Origin: Lama guanicoe
Taxonomy: Eukaryota
Length of the DNA: 64,000 nt
NCBI GenBank assembly: GCA_013239625.1
Contig: MU053487.1
Coordinates: forward strand, 2,439,058-2,503,057
Direction of reading: 5' to 3'
The notes beneath the pieces are model-generated. The model did no database searches, was not told where the DNA came from, and saw nothing but the letters and a program-made list of their open reading frames with translations. Both the position numbers and the translations under genes were made by a program. Every line of letters starts with the position of its first letter. The stretch's first letter is position 1. Of this stretch, positions 60,380 through 64,000 are shown one piece after another.

Positions 60380-62000
60380 GCAAACTTACTCATCTACTGT
60401 GTACCAGGCACCCAGTTAGGCACTAGTAACATAACAACACAACAGGATATATTTTTTAAATGAGTATTAAGCCCTTACTATGTGCCAGATACTTCCTAAG
60501 CCCTTACTATGTGCCATAAGTGGTGGAAGAGCAAGGAAGAACATAAAGACCTCATGATGGGACAAGCAGAGTCCCAGGGACTAAAAGGAAATGAGGGAGA
60601 TAACATAAGATGAGTCTAGAGAACTAAGTCCCTTCCCCCACCCCCCGCAGGGCCTTACAGACTTAGTAAGGATCCTTATCTTTGTTTTGAAGGCAATGCA
60701 AACAAATTGAAAGGTTTGTGATAGGGGTGACATGATCAGACTTTGTATTTTTAAACCATCACTCTGGCTTCAGTGTAAAGAATTCATTCTTTATTTAAAT
60801 AAATACATCCTAAGTGCCCACTATGGGCCAAGTACTGGTCTGTGCACTTGAGTACACAGCAGTGGACAAAATGGACAGACTCCCTGTCTCTGAGGACCTT
60901 ACAGACAATACACAAATCATACATAAGAAAGTGAGAAGCACTATCAAAAATATTGGAACCCAACAACATTGTAAATCAACTGTACTTAAAAAAATTTTTT
61001 TTGATTTACAAAAAGAATATCAGAACCCAGGTAAGAGTAAAAGGGTAGGGTGCTCTTGCTACTTTATTAGCTTGAACCATATGAAAGTACTGATCTTTTT
61101 TTTTTTTTACCTTGGAACAATATTAAGTTCATGTGGTACAGCCTGGTAGGATGACACTAGAGTAATGTTGTCCAACCTGATACTTGGAAGAGTCAGAGAA
61201 GACATTTAGTGAGATGATCCAAAGGGAAAGGTGGCCATGCAAATATGTGGGGAGAGAGCATCCCAAGTGAAGGGACAGCAGGTGCAAAGGCCGTGAAGCA
61301 AAAATGTACTCACCCTGTTGGAGGATCAGCGAGGAGGCCAGTGTGGCTGAAGAGTCATGGACAAGAGGGAAGAATGGTTGTAGGGACCAGAGCAAGGTGG
61401 GTCTGGTAGACAGAGGTAAGAAATTGGCTTTTCCTCTTTGAATGTTGAGGAATTTTCAGCAGAGGAGCTACACAATCTGTCATCTTTAAAAGGGCTGTTC
61501 TGTTAATGGTAGATTCTAGGTACTGAGTGTACAGATGGATCACTGTAAGATCTTTCAACTTTGCTATATGTTTTAAATGTTTCCTAATAAAATGAGAAGG
61601 CGGTTTCAGCAGCTGGATTGTCTAATAGACTTTAGGGGGCAAGGGTGAGATCAAGAAGACCAGTATTGCAATAACTCAAGATAGTAGTGGTGCTAGAAGT
61701 GGTTAGATTACAAATAAATTTTAAAGACAGAGCCAGCAAGATTTGCTTGTGGAATGGATTCAAGATGTGAGGGGAAAAGATAATGCTTAAGGTTTTAGAC
61801 CTGATTAACTGGAAAGATGAGGTTGCCATCTAATGAAATTTGGAAGGCAGTCTATACAAACAAGTTTGGAGGAAGAGACTTTTGGGGCAGGGTGAGTTTG
61901 TGATGCCTGTTAGACATCTAAGTAGGTATATCAAATAGGCAATTGATTCTACAAACCAATAATTCAGAGGAAACTTTCAGGTAAGAAATACAAATGTATG
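60380..62000 (-). mobile_element. L2 fragments (several, nested)
   Basis: tactgtgtaccaggcac...gacatgatcaga...caggtgcaaaggcc...gaggaggccagtgtggctg...gatgcctgttagacatctaagt. Confidence 0.75.
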
Positions 62001-62193
62001 AATCCACCTAAAGATTAGGATACAAAGTTCAATGCCTTGAGAATTAAATGGGAATACTCATTTGCTTTAGCCTAAAGCCTCTTACTCATGCTTTTGCCCT
62101 AGGCTGGTTTTGTTTGTAGCTATCAGTTACTTTAGATTGCCATTCAGAATATTTAGATGCATTACTGTCTACAATTCACTTGCATTCTAAAGA

Positions 62194-62345
62194 GTTTTTT
62201 TTTAACACCTCTATTGTAGTATGGTTCCTATACAGTAAACCACATATATTTCAGATGTACAATTTGATGAATTTTGATAGATGTATACACACATGAAGCC
62301 ACCACCACAATCAAGATAGCTAATATTTCTGTCACTCCCCAAGAG
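62194..62345 (-). mobile_element. Old L1M 3' terminus
   Basis: gtacaatttgatgaattttga...ccaccaccacaatcaagata...atttctgtcactcc. Confidence 0.8.
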
Positions 62346-62349
62346 GTGC

Positions 62350-63356
62350 AATTTTCAAATTCTGAGTTTATCCCTTCCCACCCCTTTAACCCCTGGTAAT
62401 CATAAGTTTGTTCTCTATGGCTGTGAGTCTGTTTCTGTTTTGGAGATAAGTTCATTTGTGTCCTTTTTTTTAGATTCCACATATAAGTGATATCACATAG
62501 TTTTTTTCTTTCTCTTTCTGGCTTCACTTAGTATGACAATCTCAAGGTCCATCCATGTTGCTGCAAATGGCCTTATTTCATTCTTTTTAATGGCTGGGTA
62601 GTATTCCATTTGTGTGTGGTATTCCATTTGTGTGTGTGTATGTGTGTACACTCATCACATGTTCTTTATCCAGTCATCTGTCAATGGACTTTTGGGTTGT
62701 TTCCATGTCTTGGCTATTGTAAATAGTGCTGCTGTGAACATTGGGGTTCATGTGTCTTTTTAAATTATATTTTTCTCCAGGTATATGCCCATGAGTGGTA
62801 AGTTTTAGTTTTTTGAGGAATTTCCATACTGTCCTCAATAGTGGCTGCACCAATTTGCATTCCCACCAACAGTGTAGGAGGGTTCCTTTTTCTCCATACC
62901 CTCTCCAGCATTTTTCATTTGTAGACTTTTAAATGATGCCCATTCTGACTGGTGTGAGGTGATATCTCATTATAGTTTTGATTTGCATTTCTCTAACAAT
63001 TAGTGATGTTGAGCATCTTTTCATGTGCTTGTTGGCCATCTGTATGTTTTCTTTGGAGAGATGTCTTTTTAGGTCTTGTACCCGTTTTTTGGTTAGGTTG
63101 TTTATTTTTTTGATATTAAGGTGTGTGAACTGTTTGTGTATTTTAGAAATTAGACCTTTGTCAGTTGCATCATTTGCAAATATTTTCTCCCATTCTGTAG
63201 GCTGTCTTTTCATTTTGTTGATGGTATCCTTAGCTATGTAAAAGCTTTTAAATTTTATTAGATCCCATCTGTTTATTTTTGCTTTTATTTCCATTACTGT
63301 AGGAGCTGATTCAAAAAATATATTGCTGTGATTTATGTCCAAGAGTGTTCTGCCAG
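62350..63356 (-). mobile_element. Younger L1: ORF2 C-terminus and 3'UTR, both ends missing
   Basis: ORF 62929-63405 reads KAKINRWDLIKFKSF...[13 protein letters not shown]...[16 protein letters not shown], typical L1 ORF2. Confidence 0.95.
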
Positions 63357-63589
63357 GTCTTGTTTTTTTATTGTTGGTTATGTCTTCCCAAGCAGATAAT
63401 AACATTTCTTGAGAAAAGATCTATTTTCTTTTATACACTCCACAGTGCCATATCCCTAGACATTTTACAAGGCTCATATAATAAAATAAATTATTCAAAT
63501 GTAGTTTGTTGTTGTTACGAAGAATCAATTTTCTTATAAATATTTAATTTGGACACTTGTTGCTGTCCTGTGAAAATAAAGGTAGAGTT

Positions 63590-64000
63590 AAAATTTTCAG
63601 TCTGTTGCCACTCATGCCCATTTTCAGGTCACACAAATAAAAGAGAGCTTTCTTTGGGGGAAGGAGGCTCAGCTCTCCTCCTAATTATTAGCTTTATACT
63701 CAGACTTCATGTGATTGCAGGACAGTTCCCAACAACTCAAGTCGCCATCCACCCCAGTCCAAGTCCAAAAAAAGTGATCCTTCCCAATGGTCCTTGGTTC
63801 ACCAGTTGAACCAACATGGATTACCCGCCCCCCTTAACAAGCTACTGTACCTAGAAAATTCTGTGCTGTGACTGGCCAAGTATGAGTCATGCTTCACCTC
63901 TGGTTCACCCAGAGAGCATGGACTATAGAAGAGGAGTGGTTCCAGGAAGAAAAAAAGTAGGTCACTGTCACCAAAATAAGAAAATGAATACTGATGGTCA
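63590..64000 (-). mobile_element. Probable old MaLR LTR relic
   Basis: tgtgactggccaag...gagtcatgcttcacc...tgtcaccaaaataagaaaatgaatactg. Confidence 0.4.

Noticed and set aside
62929..63405. 158-aa ORF (also 48185-48412 and 42567-42860)
   Set aside because: Fragments of degenerate L1 ORF2, not host genes.
8225..63890. Scattered AP-1 motifs (TGA[C/G]TCA, e.g. 8225, 14280, 24018, 51563)
   Set aside because: The count is compatible with chance in 64 kb and there is no clustering to support an enhancer call.
1..64000. CRISPR arrays, operons, rRNA/snRNA genes or prokaryote-type defence systems
   Set aside because: No regular repeat-spacer array, dense ORFs or recognisable structural RNA; the window is explained by a spliced mammalian gene plus interspersed repeats.

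Overview
Mammalian genomic DNA, probably camelid (three tRNA-derived vic-1-like SINEs). It holds the 5' part of LRRFIP2 on the minus strand: a CpG-island promoter with non-coding exon 1 (~56.6-56.9 kb), exon 2 carrying the ATG (36439) and coding exons 3-14 down to 1215. That is 789 coding nt (263 aa); the gene continues past the left edge. Exon numbers are mine, counted in this window. Exons 4-14 are eleven tiny (42-81 nt), frame-preserving, phase-0 exons with weak donors and many RBFOX/QKI/MBNL-type motifs. Introns 1-2 and the upstream flank are full of L1, L2, MIR, MaLR and DNA-transposon relics. The most notable observations are an L1 3'-transduction with TSDs (49332-50074), an internal duplication in exon 9, and the structure of the microexon array. 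None of the supplied six-frame ORFs corresponds to a gene, and I see no evidence for a novel prokaryote-type system. Comparisons to human LRRFIP2 and repeat subfamily names are from memory, not from a search; repeat boundaries without TSDs are approximate.
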